A DNA stretch of 64,000 nucleotides from Verrucomicrobiota bacterium (GTDB lineage Bacteria > Verrucomicrobiota > Verrucomicrobiia > Limisphaerales > JAKPVM01). The position numbers were made by a program, and so were the translations under genes. Shown one piece after another: positions 55,585 to 64,000 of the stretch; position 1 is the first letter of the stretch, and each line of letters begins with the position of its first letter. The stretch covers positions 2,467 to 66,466 of the forward strand of contig JAKPVM010000076.1 of assembly GCA_029572555.1 (NCBI GenBank), given 5' to 3'. Under the pieces are notes generated by a model. The model was given only the letters and a program-made list of their open reading frames with translations, had not been told where the DNA came from and made no database searches.

Positions 55585-57024
55585 TTAAAAACTCAACAGT
55601 ATCTGCCAGATATACATATTAGCCATAGATTCAATATCTTCCCAGACTTTCCTGACTAATTCGACATTGCCAGTAATTTCTGGTAGTTCTTTTGCCTTTT
55701 CCCCAAATGGAAAACAGATGCCCGGTTTAATTCTTGTCTCGATATTTTTTGGCAAACCATCGAGTTGTCTTCTTTCGGTTATTGAAGAAGGCAATTCAGA
55801 CGGCGGGATAATATCAGAATTGTAAGAAGGAGAAGAATAGACGCCATATTGGCGCGTAAATTCAGTCATAGCTTTTAGGTTTTCAATATTGACATCGTTT
55901 TGCATTATGGCGCCAGCGTCCATAATATAACCGCCATCGACAGCCACTTCATCAATAACACGTTTGCAGAATTCCTTTACTTCCTCCGGTTTTCCATAAC
56001 TCAATAAGACATTAGGGATACCACCACTTATGCAGAATTTATTACCAAGTTTCTTGCGGACTTCGAATACGTTGTCGCGGTCAACGTGGAAGACTATGCT
56101 ACGTTCTGGCAGTTCGGCAAATCTTTCAAGATGCGCAGCCCATTTGCCTTCGGCATAGAAAAGCGTCTGATGTCCATTTTTCCAAAATTCCTCAATTATC
56201 GGTTTCAACGTCGGCCAGTAATGAGATTCAAATTGCGATGGTTTAATAAGAGGCACACAACCACGATGCATCCAGAAACCTATGGGTACAAGTTTATCCG
56301 GATCGGCAGTGGAAAGCCCTATATGACAAAGGTGCGGCATCAATGCCTCGCAGGCTTTTAGAACCTTTTCCGGTTGAGTGTGCATATCCATCGTTAGACC
56401 GATATACCCCCGTAACTTGTCAGCAATAATATCAAACGGGGCTTTAAAAATGCCTGAAATGGCTGACACAGTCCCACATTCGCGTCTTAACCTTTCCACC
56501 TGAGGTCCAAAAGCATTAAAATAAGAAAGCATTGCCATTGCCCCTTTTACAAAGGATAAATTATTTCGGTAAGTTACAGGCTCGCCGATTTTGCGAACCT
56601 CCGTTGACACCCTTGGCAACCATATATTGTATAAAAAACCAGTTGGATCTTTGATTAATTCATCGTACTCATCTGCCTTCATAAACGCCTCCTCTTCGGA
56701 AGGCTCAATGTAATTGAAACCTACATCATAAGGGATTCCAACGCCGGGTATTCCATAATATTTCAAACCGATAGCCTGAACCAAACCTGTCCATACATAA
56801 ACCATATTTGGCACAACAGCGTCCCAATCAAAATCCTTTGCGCATTTAACAGCGGCATCAAATGCCTTTGTGTAATCGTGAACAACTTCCTGACAGGTAT
56901 AGCCTGCATATTTTGCGGTAAATTCAGCCACAAATGGTCTTATGGGAATGCAATCAGGCTTTTCATTACGCATTGCCGCAACATACCTGCTTAACCTCTG
57001 TTGATATAGTTCTTCAGTATTCAT
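55585..57024 (-). CDS. Uroporphyrinogen decarboxylase (URO-D)-like family protein, function unclear
   Basis: The N-terminal pattern RLSRYVAAMRNEKPDCIPIRPFVAEFTAKYAGYTCQEV and overall TIM-barrel-like organisation recall URO-D/MtaA-like proteins. At 479 aa it is longer than typical members. Confidence 0.45.
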   Translation of the reverse strand: MNTEELYQQRLSRYVAAMRNEKPDCIPIRPFVAEFTAKYAGYTCQEVVHDYTKAFDAAVKCAKDFDWDAVVPNMVYVWTGLVQAIGLKYYGIPGVGIPYDVGFNYIEPSEEEAFMKADEYDELIKDPTGFLYNIWLPRVSTEVRKIGEPVTYRNNLSFVKGAMAMLSYFNAFGPQVERLRRECGTVSAISGIFKAPFDIIADKLRGYIGLTMDMHTQPEKVLKACEALMPHLCHIGLSTADPDKLVPIGFWMHRGCVPLIKPSQFESHYWPTLKPIIEEFWKNGHQTLFYAEGKWAAHLERFAELPERSIVFHVDRDNVFEVRKKLGNKFCISGGIPNVLLSYGKPEEVKEFCKRVIDEVAVDGGYIMDAGAIMQNDVNIENLKAMTEFTRQYGVYSSPSYNSDIIPPSELPSSITERRQLDGLPKNIETRIKPGICFPFGEKAKELPEITGNVELVRKVWEDIESMANMYIWQILLSF

Positions 57025-57136
57025 ATCGGCGTTTAAAAAATGTTATAAGTATTCCCGAAATAAACCAGAAAATTTTTAGATTTTTGACAAAATATTTTTC
57101 AAAAGTTGGATAGGTCTGCTAATATTTTTCAACAAT

Positions 57137-58627
57137 ATGAAGAAGATAATCTCATTTTTTGTTCTGCTTGTTGCTGCATTATCTTGTTTTGCCGAAGACA
57201 AACCGAATATTATTATAATACTTGCAGATGACCTTGGTTACGGGGACGTTAGTTGTTATGGCGCCACTAAAATTAAAACACCAAACATTGATAAACTTGC
57301 ATCAGACGGTCTGCGGTTTATAAATGTCCACGCTACCTCTGCAACCTGCACTCCTTCAAGATATGCTTTACTGACAGGCGAATATCCCTGGCGGAAAAAA
57401 GGCACTGGCGTCCTGCCGGGAAATGCAAGTTTGATTATACCTACAAATAAATCAACCATCGCAACAATGTTTAAAAAGGCAGGATATGCAACTGCCGTTG
57501 TTGGTAAATGGCATTTAGGACTTGGTAATGGCAATCTTGATTGGAATAGGGAAATAAAACCCGGTCCATTAGAAATCGGCTTTGATTATTGCTTCATAAT
57601 GCCCGCTACCGGTGACAGAGTGCCTTGTGTGTTTGTAGAAGACCATAAAGTTGTAGGGCTTGACCCAAACGACCCAATACAAGTTAGTTACGACAAACCA
57701 ATCGGAAATGAACCCACAGGGAAAAATAATCCTGAACTGCTTAAATTGCATCCAAGTCACGGACACGACCAGACAATCATAAACGGGATTAGCCGAATCG
57801 GCTATATGTCCGGCGGCAAATCAGCCCGATGGATTGACGAAGATATTGCTGATACCATCACAGGCAAGGCGATAGATTTTATAAAAAAGAACAAATCAAA
57901 ACCTTTCTTTTTATATTTTGCAACACACGATATTCACGTTCCGCGTGTGCCACATCCACGCTTTGCCGGTAAAACCGTTATGGGTGCAAGAGGCGATGTG
58001 ATATTACAATTGGATTGGTCTGTCGGCGCAATTGTAAAAACACTTGAAGAACAAAAATTGATGGAAAATACGCTTATAATTTTTACGTGCGATAACGGAC
58101 CTGTATTAGATGATGGTTACAAAGATAGGGCTGTTGAACTTGCGGATGGACATAAACCAGCCGGCGAATTGCGCGGTGGAAAATATAGCAATTTTGAAGG
58201 CGGTACGCGCATCCCGTTCATAGTAATGTGGCGAGGAAAAATCAAGTCCGCTAATTCCGATGCGTGGGTCAGTCAAATAGATTTGTTCGCTTCTTTTGCA
58301 GCGCTCACTGGACAGAGTTTAAATAAAGGCGATGCGCCGGATAGCATTAATGTTCTTCCCGCGTTGCTTGGAAATTCACAAAAAGGCAGAGACCACATTG
58401 TTGAACACGCGGGCAGTATTTCAATTCGTAGGAATGAATGGAAATATATTACACCGAACAAAGGCGCTAAATTTAATAAAGCAACCGGCACCGAACTTGG
58501 CAACGACCCTCAACCGCAACTCTACAATCTAAAAGAAGACATTGGGGAACAGAGAAACCTTGCAGACAAATATCCCGACATTGTAAAAGAACTCTCAGAT
58601 TATTTACAAAAGTTGCGCGGTTTATAA
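57137..58627 (+). CDS. Arylsulfatase (formylglycine-dependent sulfatase family)
   Basis: Signal peptide. NIIIILADDLGYGDVSCYG and the FGly motif CTPSRYALLTG. Confidence 0.9.
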   Translation: MKKIISFFVLLVAALSCFAEDKPNIIIILADDLGYGDVSCYGATKIKTPNIDKLASDGLRFINVHATSATCTPSRYALLTGEYPWRKKGTGVLPGNASLIIPTNKSTIATMFKKAGYATAVVGKWHLGLGNGNLDWNREIKPGPLEIGFDYCFIMPATGDRVPCVFVEDHKVVGLDPNDPIQVSYDKPIGNEPTGKNNPELLKLHPSHGHDQTIINGISRIGYMSGGKSARWIDEDIADTITGKAIDFIKKNKSKPFFLYFATHDIHVPRVPHPRFAGKTVMGARGDVILQLDWSVGAIVKTLEEQKLMENTLIIFTCDNGPVLDDGYKDRAVELADGHKPAGELRGGKYSNFEGGTRIPFIVMWRGKIKSANSDAWVSQIDLFASFAALTGQSLNKGDAPDSINVLPALLGNSQKGRDHIVEHAGSISIRRNEWKYITPNKGAKFNKATGTELGNDPQPQLYNLKEDIGEQRNLADKYPDIVKELSDYLQKLRGL

Positions 58628-58705
58628 GACACGATTTAATTGCGATTACAATCACAAGACATAAAACAAGGGACTAATTTAACTGGTTCAGAATTATATT
58701 AAACA

Positions 58706-60283
58706 TTATGGCTTTATGTTTTTTGAGTACCAGTATTTTAACAATTCTTCTCGTTTTGTAGGTTTAGGGCTTTTTGTGTGAATATTTTTGTCTGAACCGT
58801 GTTCAACGCTCCATCCATCCCATTCTCGGAAGGCGTGGTAAGCCCAGTCCCAATTATATTCTTCAAAGATATCAATTAAATCTTTCAAATAATTATAGGT
58901 GCTATCGCCAGGCGCCCATCTGATTGCGCTGAATTCACCGATGTAAATATGCATATTGAACTTTTTCTGAAAATCAAGTACTGGTTGAAGTTCCTGACGC
59001 AAAGCGGATTTGTCCCAGTATTTGCCATCAATCACACCCGGATAAGCTATGTTTGAGTTGGTATCATAAACCCCTTGATGAGTAAATTTATGAGGTCTAT
59101 ACATATGCGCGCTATAGACAATGCCGGGAAGCTGAAATGGCGCTAAATTCACAATTGATTTAACATCGCCCCACGGTTCAGGTTCAATGATAATTGCATG
59201 GTCAGGATCAATTGCGCACACTCTTTTTGCGGTTTCAAGCGCAAGGTCATTCCAATCAAGACAGTCCTTGCCAATACTTACGCCGCATACCGGTTCGTTC
59301 ATCAAATCATAACCCCAAACCGTCTTGTTCCCTTTGTATCGCCTGGCAATATGTTCCCACCACTTGATAAAGTTGTCCTGAAACCGCTTTTCTTGAAAAA
59401 TCATGCAATCTGATGATTTATTGCGTCCGCCGGGCGGTGTATGCAAATCAATTAAGACAAGTAATCCTGCTTCTTTGCAGACTGGCAACATTTCATCTAT
59501 CCGTTTCAATTCTCCGCTCAACCAATTATCGTAAGCGGCAAGGTCTCCATTATCTGCTGGGCTATGTGGAAAACCGTTCCATGTAAGTTGCCATCGGATA
59601 TGATTGGCATTCCATTCCTTGCCAAAGGTAATAAAATCCTCTTTTGTAAGACGCGTCCCTATCATTGCGCCGCGAAGTCTCGGGAGGTTATGCCCTTTAT
59701 ACATCGTTTTCGGCACAGGAAAATTAGCAACTTGAACCGGCGTTTTGCGAACGGTTATTTTTATGTCATCAAACCACACATCGCCAGAGGCAAGTTCAAG
59801 ACCAAGCACTAACGAACAAGATTTAACATCGTTTGGGATTGCAGCCAAATACTGAAACCGCTGCCATCCAAAAGAGCCTGATGGGGCATTTTTTTGAGGA
59901 TATTCTGTCCCATTGGTTTTGTTAATAATGAGCATAAACTTTACACCATTCCATGGGTTTGGAGGTTGGCTAACTTTTTCCGCCTTTACCATAGCCTCGC
60001 ATAACAAGACCATCCCCTTGAATTTCTCCACATCCAATTTAACCAGGCTAACCACATTGCTTTTTCCATTTTTATCCGGCGATTTGATATGCAATGAATG
60101 GGCGCTTTGATACCCTTCATCAATAGAAATAGAACTGCTATTATTTGGGTTCCAAACCTTTAGGACATCTTGTTCCTCAAATCCAGTTTGAAAAACTACA
60201 TCGCCAACAGCCCCTTGCATTTTTGAAGAAACAAACAAATTGATGGCGGTAACCATCAGTATAGTAATTAATTTATTTTTCAT
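58706..60283 (-). CDS. Glycoside hydrolase family 5 enzyme with an N-terminal CBM-like jelly roll
   Basis: Signal peptide. N-module ends GDVWFDDIKITV. Catalytic region: WGYDLMNEP (acid/base Glu) and HIYIGEFSA (nucleophile Glu). Confidence 0.8.
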   Translation of the reverse strand: MKNKLITILMVTAINLFVSSKMQGAVGDVVFQTGFEEQDVLKVWNPNNSSSISIDEGYQSAHSLHIKSPDKNGKSNVVSLVKLDVEKFKGMVLLCEAMVKAEKVSQPPNPWNGVKFMLIINKTNGTEYPQKNAPSGSFGWQRFQYLAAIPNDVKSCSLVLGLELASGDVWFDDIKITVRKTPVQVANFPVPKTMYKGHNLPRLRGAMIGTRLTKEDFITFGKEWNANHIRWQLTWNGFPHSPADNGDLAAYDNWLSGELKRIDEMLPVCKEAGLLVLIDLHTPPGGRNKSSDCMIFQEKRFQDNFIKWWEHIARRYKGNKTVWGYDLMNEPVCGVSIGKDCLDWNDLALETAKRVCAIDPDHAIIIEPEPWGDVKSIVNLAPFQLPGIVYSAHMYRPHKFTHQGVYDTNSNIAYPGVIDGKYWDKSALRQELQPVLDFQKKFNMHIYIGEFSAIRWAPGDSTYNYLKDLIDIFEEYNWDWAYHAFREWDGWSVEHGSDKNIHTKSPKPTKREELLKYWYSKNIKP

Positions 60284-60286
60284 TTT

Positions 60287-60850
60287 TTATTCCTCTTCTG
60301 GTTTGTTCATCCATCTACGAACAAGATTATGCGAAATCCCTAAATGATCTAACACCCTAGCTACGACTGTATCAGCGACCTGTTCAACAGTTTGCGGCAG
60401 GCTATAAAATGATGGATTTGCAGGGATAATTGTTGCGCCGGCAAGAATGAGTAGTTCCATATTTTTAATATGAATTAGATTAAATGGGGTCTCTCGCGGG
60501 ACGAGAATTAGTTTCTTTTTTTCTTTAAGCATAACATCTGCCGCGCGAAGAACAGCATTATCGCTCACACCATTGGCAATTCTGCCAAGTGTTCCCATAC
60601 TGCAAGGGATAATGACCATAGCGTCAAATGGGTTGCTGCCGCTTACATACGGGACGTTCATATCATCGGGATTGTGCATTATGACACCTTCTTTTAACCT
60701 TAATTCTCCACGTAGTTCCTGTTCAATAATTTGCCGTGCATACTTACTATAAGCAACGTGCACCTCACAATCTTTAGGATCTAAATTATCCAGCAATCGC
60801 TGAGCATATATAATCCCGCTCGCGCCAGTTATTAAAATAAGAATTCTCAA
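60287..60850 (-). CDS. ubiX: Flavin prenyltransferase UbiX
   Basis: ITGASGIIYAQRLL...IIPCSMGTLGRIANGVSDNAVLRAADVMLKEKKKLILVPRETP. Confidence 0.9.
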   Translation of the reverse strand: MRILILITGASGIIYAQRLLDNLDPKDCEVHVAYSKYARQIIEQELRGELRLKEGVIMHNPDDMNVPYVSGSNPFDAMVIIPCSMGTLGRIANGVSDNAVLRAADVMLKEKKKLILVPRETPFNLIHIKNMELLILAGATIIPANPSFYSLPQTVEQVADTVVARVLDHLGISHNLVRRWMNKPEEE

Positions 60851-60965
60851 AATGCTACCTTTAATTTTTTTTAATACTGCACCAATTAAATAGACGACAA
60901 CCTAATTTATAACTTGATGAAATGAAGTTCAAACCAATAATAGATACAAATGCCGTTATAATTAA

Positions 60966-61736
60966 ATGGTGAGAATCAAAATAATTATTTTATTCGTACT
61001 GGGGATTCTTGTAGGGATTTGCCTTTGTATTTTATATGCATTCCTGATTGAACCGAAATGGGTGAAAATCAAAAATGTAGATTTATCAAACAACTCTCCT
61101 TCTATTCGACTGATTCACATAAGCGATATTCATTACAAAGGGGATAAACCGTATCTGGAAAAAGTGGTTAAACTAATAAATAAAATTGATGCGGATTTTG
61201 TATGTTTCACCGGCGACTTAATTGAAGAAGAACAATTCCAAAAAGAGTCCCTTGAAATTTTGAGTAATGTAAATAAACCAATCTTTAGTATTCCCGGTAA
61301 CCACGATTATTGGAGCAAAGCGCCAATTAACTTAATGGATGTTTATTTTAAAAAAACTGGTGGGAGATTGTTATTAAATGAAATAGTTGAGTTAAAAGAA
61401 AAAAATGCCCTTATTATTGGTGTAAATGAATTTAGTTCTTCATTCGTAAACAATATTCAACCCGATTTAATCAATAATAAAAAAACCATCCTGCTCGTGC
61501 ATTATCCCGACTTTGCAAATGAAATAAAAAATAAAAAGTTTAGCATTATTCTTGCAGGTCATTCTCATGGAGGACAGGTCAACATTCCTTTTCTAAATCC
61601 ATACATCCCTCGATATTACCAGAAAGGCTTGTATAAGACAGAGTCAGGTTATTTATATGTGAACCCCGGTTTAGGGACTTTTCTTTATCCAATAAGATTC
61701 AACTGTCGACCTGAAATTACGGTAATATCTCTGTAA
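60966..61736 (+). CDS. Membrane-anchored metallophosphoesterase
   Basis: N-terminal TM. IHISDIHY, TGDL, GNHD, GHSHGG motifs. Confidence 0.8.
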   Translation: MVRIKIIILFVLGILVGICLCILYAFLIEPKWVKIKNVDLSNNSPSIRLIHISDIHYKGDKPYLEKVVKLINKIDADFVCFTGDLIEEEQFQKESLEILSNVNKPIFSIPGNHDYWSKAPINLMDVYFKKTGGRLLLNEIVELKEKNALIIGVNEFSSSFVNNIQPDLINNKKTILLVHYPDFANEIKNKKFSIILAGHSHGGQVNIPFLNPYIPRYYQKGLYKTESGYLYVNPGLGTFLYPIRFNCRPEITVISL

Positions 61737-61768
61737 CATTTAGTTTATCCTGATTTGTTTTTTTCGGT

Positions 61769-62182
61769 TTAAACTATATTGGAATAATTATCCCGTATTT
61801 TACATTTAGACAACAACATTGTGTTGATGCCCGCACCATAAACATAATAAGTTGTTATCCCGTTCTTAATCCGCATCAGAACTTGAAACAGTTTTGTGTT
61901 AGGATTGACAACATAGATAACCGAATTAGTTCCATAACTTTACGCAATCCTATTATTTGCCGCATCATAAAAATTAGTTACACCGCCAGAACTGACCAAT
62001 CTATTTCTGCCGTCATAAGTTTGTGCGACAAAACTCCCATTTGTCAACGGCGACCAGGTCAGGTTTCAATTGGCATCGTTTGTTACCGACGAACCATTCA
62101 CCGTCATCAACCTATTATCATCATCATAAGTCATTGTCCGTGTTGGCACAATACTGTTATGCGGCAAATTATAAACTGATTC
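61769..62182 (-). pseudogene. RHS/YD-repeat protein remnant (138 codons, one frame, two internal stops, truncated at both ends)
   Basis: Hand translation of the minus strand: ESVYNLPHNSIVPTRTMTYDDDNRLMTVNGSSVTNDAN*NLTWSPLTNGSFVAQTYDGRNRLVSSGGVTNFYDAANNRIA*SYGTNSVIYVVNPNTKLFQVLMRIKNGITTYYVYGAGINTMLLSKCKIRDNYSNIV*. In-frame TGA at 62068-62066 and TAA at 61942-61940. YD-repeat signatures: TYDxxNRL, TYDGRNRL, FYDAANNRI, YYVYG. Confidence 0.65.
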
Positions 62183-62380
62183 TTATTGAATATGAAAGTG
62201 TTTTTCCTGAGTTTTGATGATTAGTGCGGTAAAAGAAGTCCATAGACCATACATAATTTATTGCTACCAATCAGCAAAAGGTTGGCATTACACAGTGGAG
62301 GGAATGGAACGCTGATTACGCAGATGAAACAGATAAATGACAAAGAAAAGAAATTAACAAGGATATACGGGATAAAAAAT

Positions 62381-62410
62381 TGTATCTTGTATCTTGTATC
62401 TTGTATCTTG
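62381..62410. repeat. Heptamer tandem repeat (TGTATCT) x 4.3
   Basis: tgtatct tgtatct tgtatct tgtatct tg, read directly. It is preceded by GGATATACGGGATAAAAAAT, which matches the core of the element at 63372-63483. Confidence 0.8.
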
Positions 62411-62611
62411 TTTATCATTGTGTTAATTAAACAAATATTCACAAATAGATTCAATTGTTATCGGTTTGCTAATGATTGAAAATTGAGGAAATGTTTTCGT
62501 TAAACTCTTGAAATAATTGGCAAACTTATTATATTAACTGCCGTCTGCTCGTTATTCGGGGTTTGTCTGATACCATAAAATTTCCCCTCGGGCATTTAAA
62601 GTATATTTAAT

Positions 62612-63313
62612 ATGAAAGTTTGTTTGTTTGGAATTAGCGGTATTCCGATTGGTAGACATAATGTAAAAGATGTAAGGCTTGATGAGGCTGATAAACTCGT
62701 TGAAGCCGATAAAAAGACTTATATCCAGGTGGAAGTAACAGAGCAAAAGGAAATTGCTAACGCCGAAGCGATTGTCGTAAGCGAAGATAGTCTTGCTGAT
62801 TTGCTTTTGTCCGACCTTGAATTTATAGAAAACCGCCTTTCAAAAAATCCGCCACAAGAAGAAGCGACCGTCTTAAATAAGGTTCGGGAACACCTTGAAT
62901 CGGGCAAACCAATCTCGGCAAATGTATTGTCCCCTGACGAACTTAAAATCATCTCAATCCATTCTCTTTACACCTTAAAGCCCGTAGTTATTGCTACAAA
63001 AGAGGAGTTGGAAAATTTTGATGCCTTTCTTGTTCGCGTTCTTAAAGAAAGTGGGTATTCCTGTTTCTTTACCGTAGGTGGCAAGGAAAATCGCGCCTGG
63101 TTAATAAAAAAAGGAATGACCGCTTATGACGCAGCAGGCGCTATTCATTCTGATATTCAGAAAGGTTTTATTCGCGCTGAAATTATTAGCTACGACGACC
63201 TTATTCAGAATTGCGGTGAAACGGGAGCAAAACGCGCCGGCAAACTACGGCTTGAAACTAAAAACTATGTGATTCAGGATTGTGACATAGTCCACTTTAG
63301 GTTCAATAAATAG
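62612..63313 (+). CDS. Short YchF-like protein (DUF933/TGS-like C-terminal domain) with a degenerate G domain
   Basis: The C-terminus FFTVGGKENRAWLIKKGMTAYDAAGAIHSDIQKGFIRAEIISYDDL...GAKRAGKLRLETKNYVIQDCDIVHFRFN aligns to the YchF C-terminal domain. The N-terminus MKVCLFGISGIPIGRHNV occupies the P-loop position but lacks GKS/T. The protein is 233 aa, versus about 363 aa for E. coli YchF. Confidence 0.7.
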   Translation: MKVCLFGISGIPIGRHNVKDVRLDEADKLVEADKKTYIQVEVTEQKEIANAEAIVVSEDSLADLLLSDLEFIENRLSKNPPQEEATVLNKVREHLESGKPISANVLSPDELKIISIHSLYTLKPVVIATKEELENFDAFLVRVLKESGYSCFFTVGGKENRAWLIKKGMTAYDAAGAIHSDIQKGFIRAEIISYDDLIQNCGETGAKRAGKLRLETKNYVIQDCDIVHFRFNK

Positions 63314-63371
63314 GAGAACCTAATCTTGTTGGCGAAAAAGAGTTGCAAATGTTTTATATATCCGCGTGTAA

Positions 63372-63483
63372 GAGCCTGTTGCACAAATACTAAAGATTAA
63401 CAAAGATAGATAGGATATACAGGATAAAAAATCCTGTAGATCCTTTATTTATTTATGGTTGAATTTATTTGTGCAACAGACTC
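63372..63483. repeat. 112-nt nested inverted-repeat element (MITE-like or bidirectional terminator) between convergent genes
   Basis: Outer arms GAGCCTGTTGCACAAATA (63372-63389) and TATTTGTGCAACAGACTC (63466-63483) are complementary at 17/18. Inner hairpin GGATATACAGGAT-AAAAA-ATCCTGTAGATCC (63413-63443) pairs at 12/13. Confidence 0.65.
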
Positions 63484-63525
63484 ATAAATAAAATCAAAAC
63501 CAATTAAGGTGATTTGGTTTCTTGA

Positions 63526-64000
63526 TTATTTTTCCGCATGAGCCTTTTCTTTACGGGCTTTGGCTTCTTCAATGACCTTTTGTTCAAGTTCGCGCGGCAT
63601 TTCCTCGTAGTGGCTGAATTCCTCCTGATGAATGCCACGACCGCCAGTTAGCGATCGCAGTGTCGAAGAGTATCGGTAAAGTTCTTTTGCTGGAACCTGC
63701 GCCTTAATCACCTGCAAATTGCCATCGGTGTCCATACCGATAATCTTACCGCGTCGGCTTGAAAGATCGCCCATTACCTTTCCCATACAGTCTTCCGGGA
63801 TACGGATTTCGACATTATAAATTGGTTCAAGCAAACAAGGTTTTGCGTTCAAAAATGCCTCTTTGAAGGCAAAATAACCAGCAATCTGGAAGCTGATATC
63901 GTTTGAATCAACAGGGTGCATCTTGCCATCGTAGAAATCAATCTTGACATCTACAACCCGATACCCTGCGAGTATACCCTCCTGACAGGCGCGCATAACG
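63526..64000 (-). CDS. fusA: Elongation factor G, C-terminal ~158 codons; the N-terminal part lies beyond the right window edge
   Basis: GYRVVDVKIDFYDGKMHPVDSNDISFQIAGYFAFKEAF...EPIYNVEIRIPEDCMGKVMGDLSSRRGKI...YSSTLRSLTGGRG...F.HYEEMP matches EF-G domains IV-V. Confidence 0.9.
   Translation of the reverse strand, partial: VMRACQEGILAGYRVVDVKIDFYDGKMHPVDSNDISFQIAGYFAFKEAFLNAKPCLLEPIYNVEIRIPEDCMGKVMGDLSSRRGKIIGMDTDGNLQVIKAQVPAKELYRYSSTLRSLTGGRGIHQEEFSHYEEMPRELEQKVIEEAKARKEKAHAEK

Noticed and set aside
61940-62068. In-frame TGA and TAA as evidence for stop-codon reassignment or programmed read-through
   Set aside because: Two different stop codons are involved, the fragment is truncated at both ends, and all other genes in the window terminate normally with standard stops. 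Pseudogenisation is the simpler explanation.
61883-62217. Two overlapping plus-strand ORFs (98 and 64 aa)
   Set aside because: Both lie antisense to the RHS/YD remnant. The minus strand gives recognisable YD repeats; the plus-strand products do not resemble proteins.
62381-62410. Possible CRISPR array or other spaced repeat
   Set aside because: The units are 7 nt, contiguous and without spacers, and no cas genes are present. It is a microsatellite.
1-64000. Prophage, integrative element, defence island, retron/DGR or toxin-antitoxin module
   Set aside because: I found no integrase, recombinase, transposase, reverse transcriptase, nuclease/helicase defence signature, tRNA attachment site or compositional break. 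The only mobile-like traces are the short repeats and the RHS remnant already reported.

Overview
64 kb, AT-rich (roughly 40% GC by eye, not computed), densely coding bacterial chromosome segment. I can support about 46 protein genes and one decayed gene fragment. I found no rRNA, tRNA, CRISPR array, integrase, transposase, reverse transcriptase or phage genes. The gene content suggests a PVC-type (Verrucomicrobiota-like) or related diderm: a PEP-CTERM protein, DUF1080, an arylsulfatase, GH43 and GH5 enzymes, CotH, giant beta-helix/CarboxypepD_reg proteins, and a secretin with Thr/Pro-rich linkers. That taxonomic reading is inference only. Layout: (1) The left edge holds a partial gcvP, absent from the ORF track, followed by housekeeping and glycan genes. 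(2) 8.7-42.7 kb holds 25 consecutive plus-strand genes. They comprise a secreted-protein/PEP-CTERM pair and nikR. Next is a stripped-down GspE / L-like / M-like / secretin operon that runs with gaps of 40 nt or less into a 1486-aa secreted repeat protein and on into methyltransferase/GT2/redox genes. A Wza/Wzc/Wzy-type exopolysaccharide locus closes the block. (3) 42.7-52.4 kb is a minus-strand string containing a 2128-aa metzincin with five copies of a ~160-aa module I cannot name. (4) The right part holds housekeeping genes (dnaG, PduO-type adenosyltransferase, ubiX, fusA). It is interrupted by a 0.9 kb decayed gap containing an RHS/YD remnant and small repeats. Most worth following up: the secretion operon that lacks a platform protein and pilins yet is contiguous with a giant putative substrate and modification enzymes; a C-terminal ~70-aa domain shared by both giant proteins that could be an uncharacterised sorting domain; the unnamed repeated module; and two small intergenic repeat families. 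All functional calls rest on motif recognition by eye. No database search was run.
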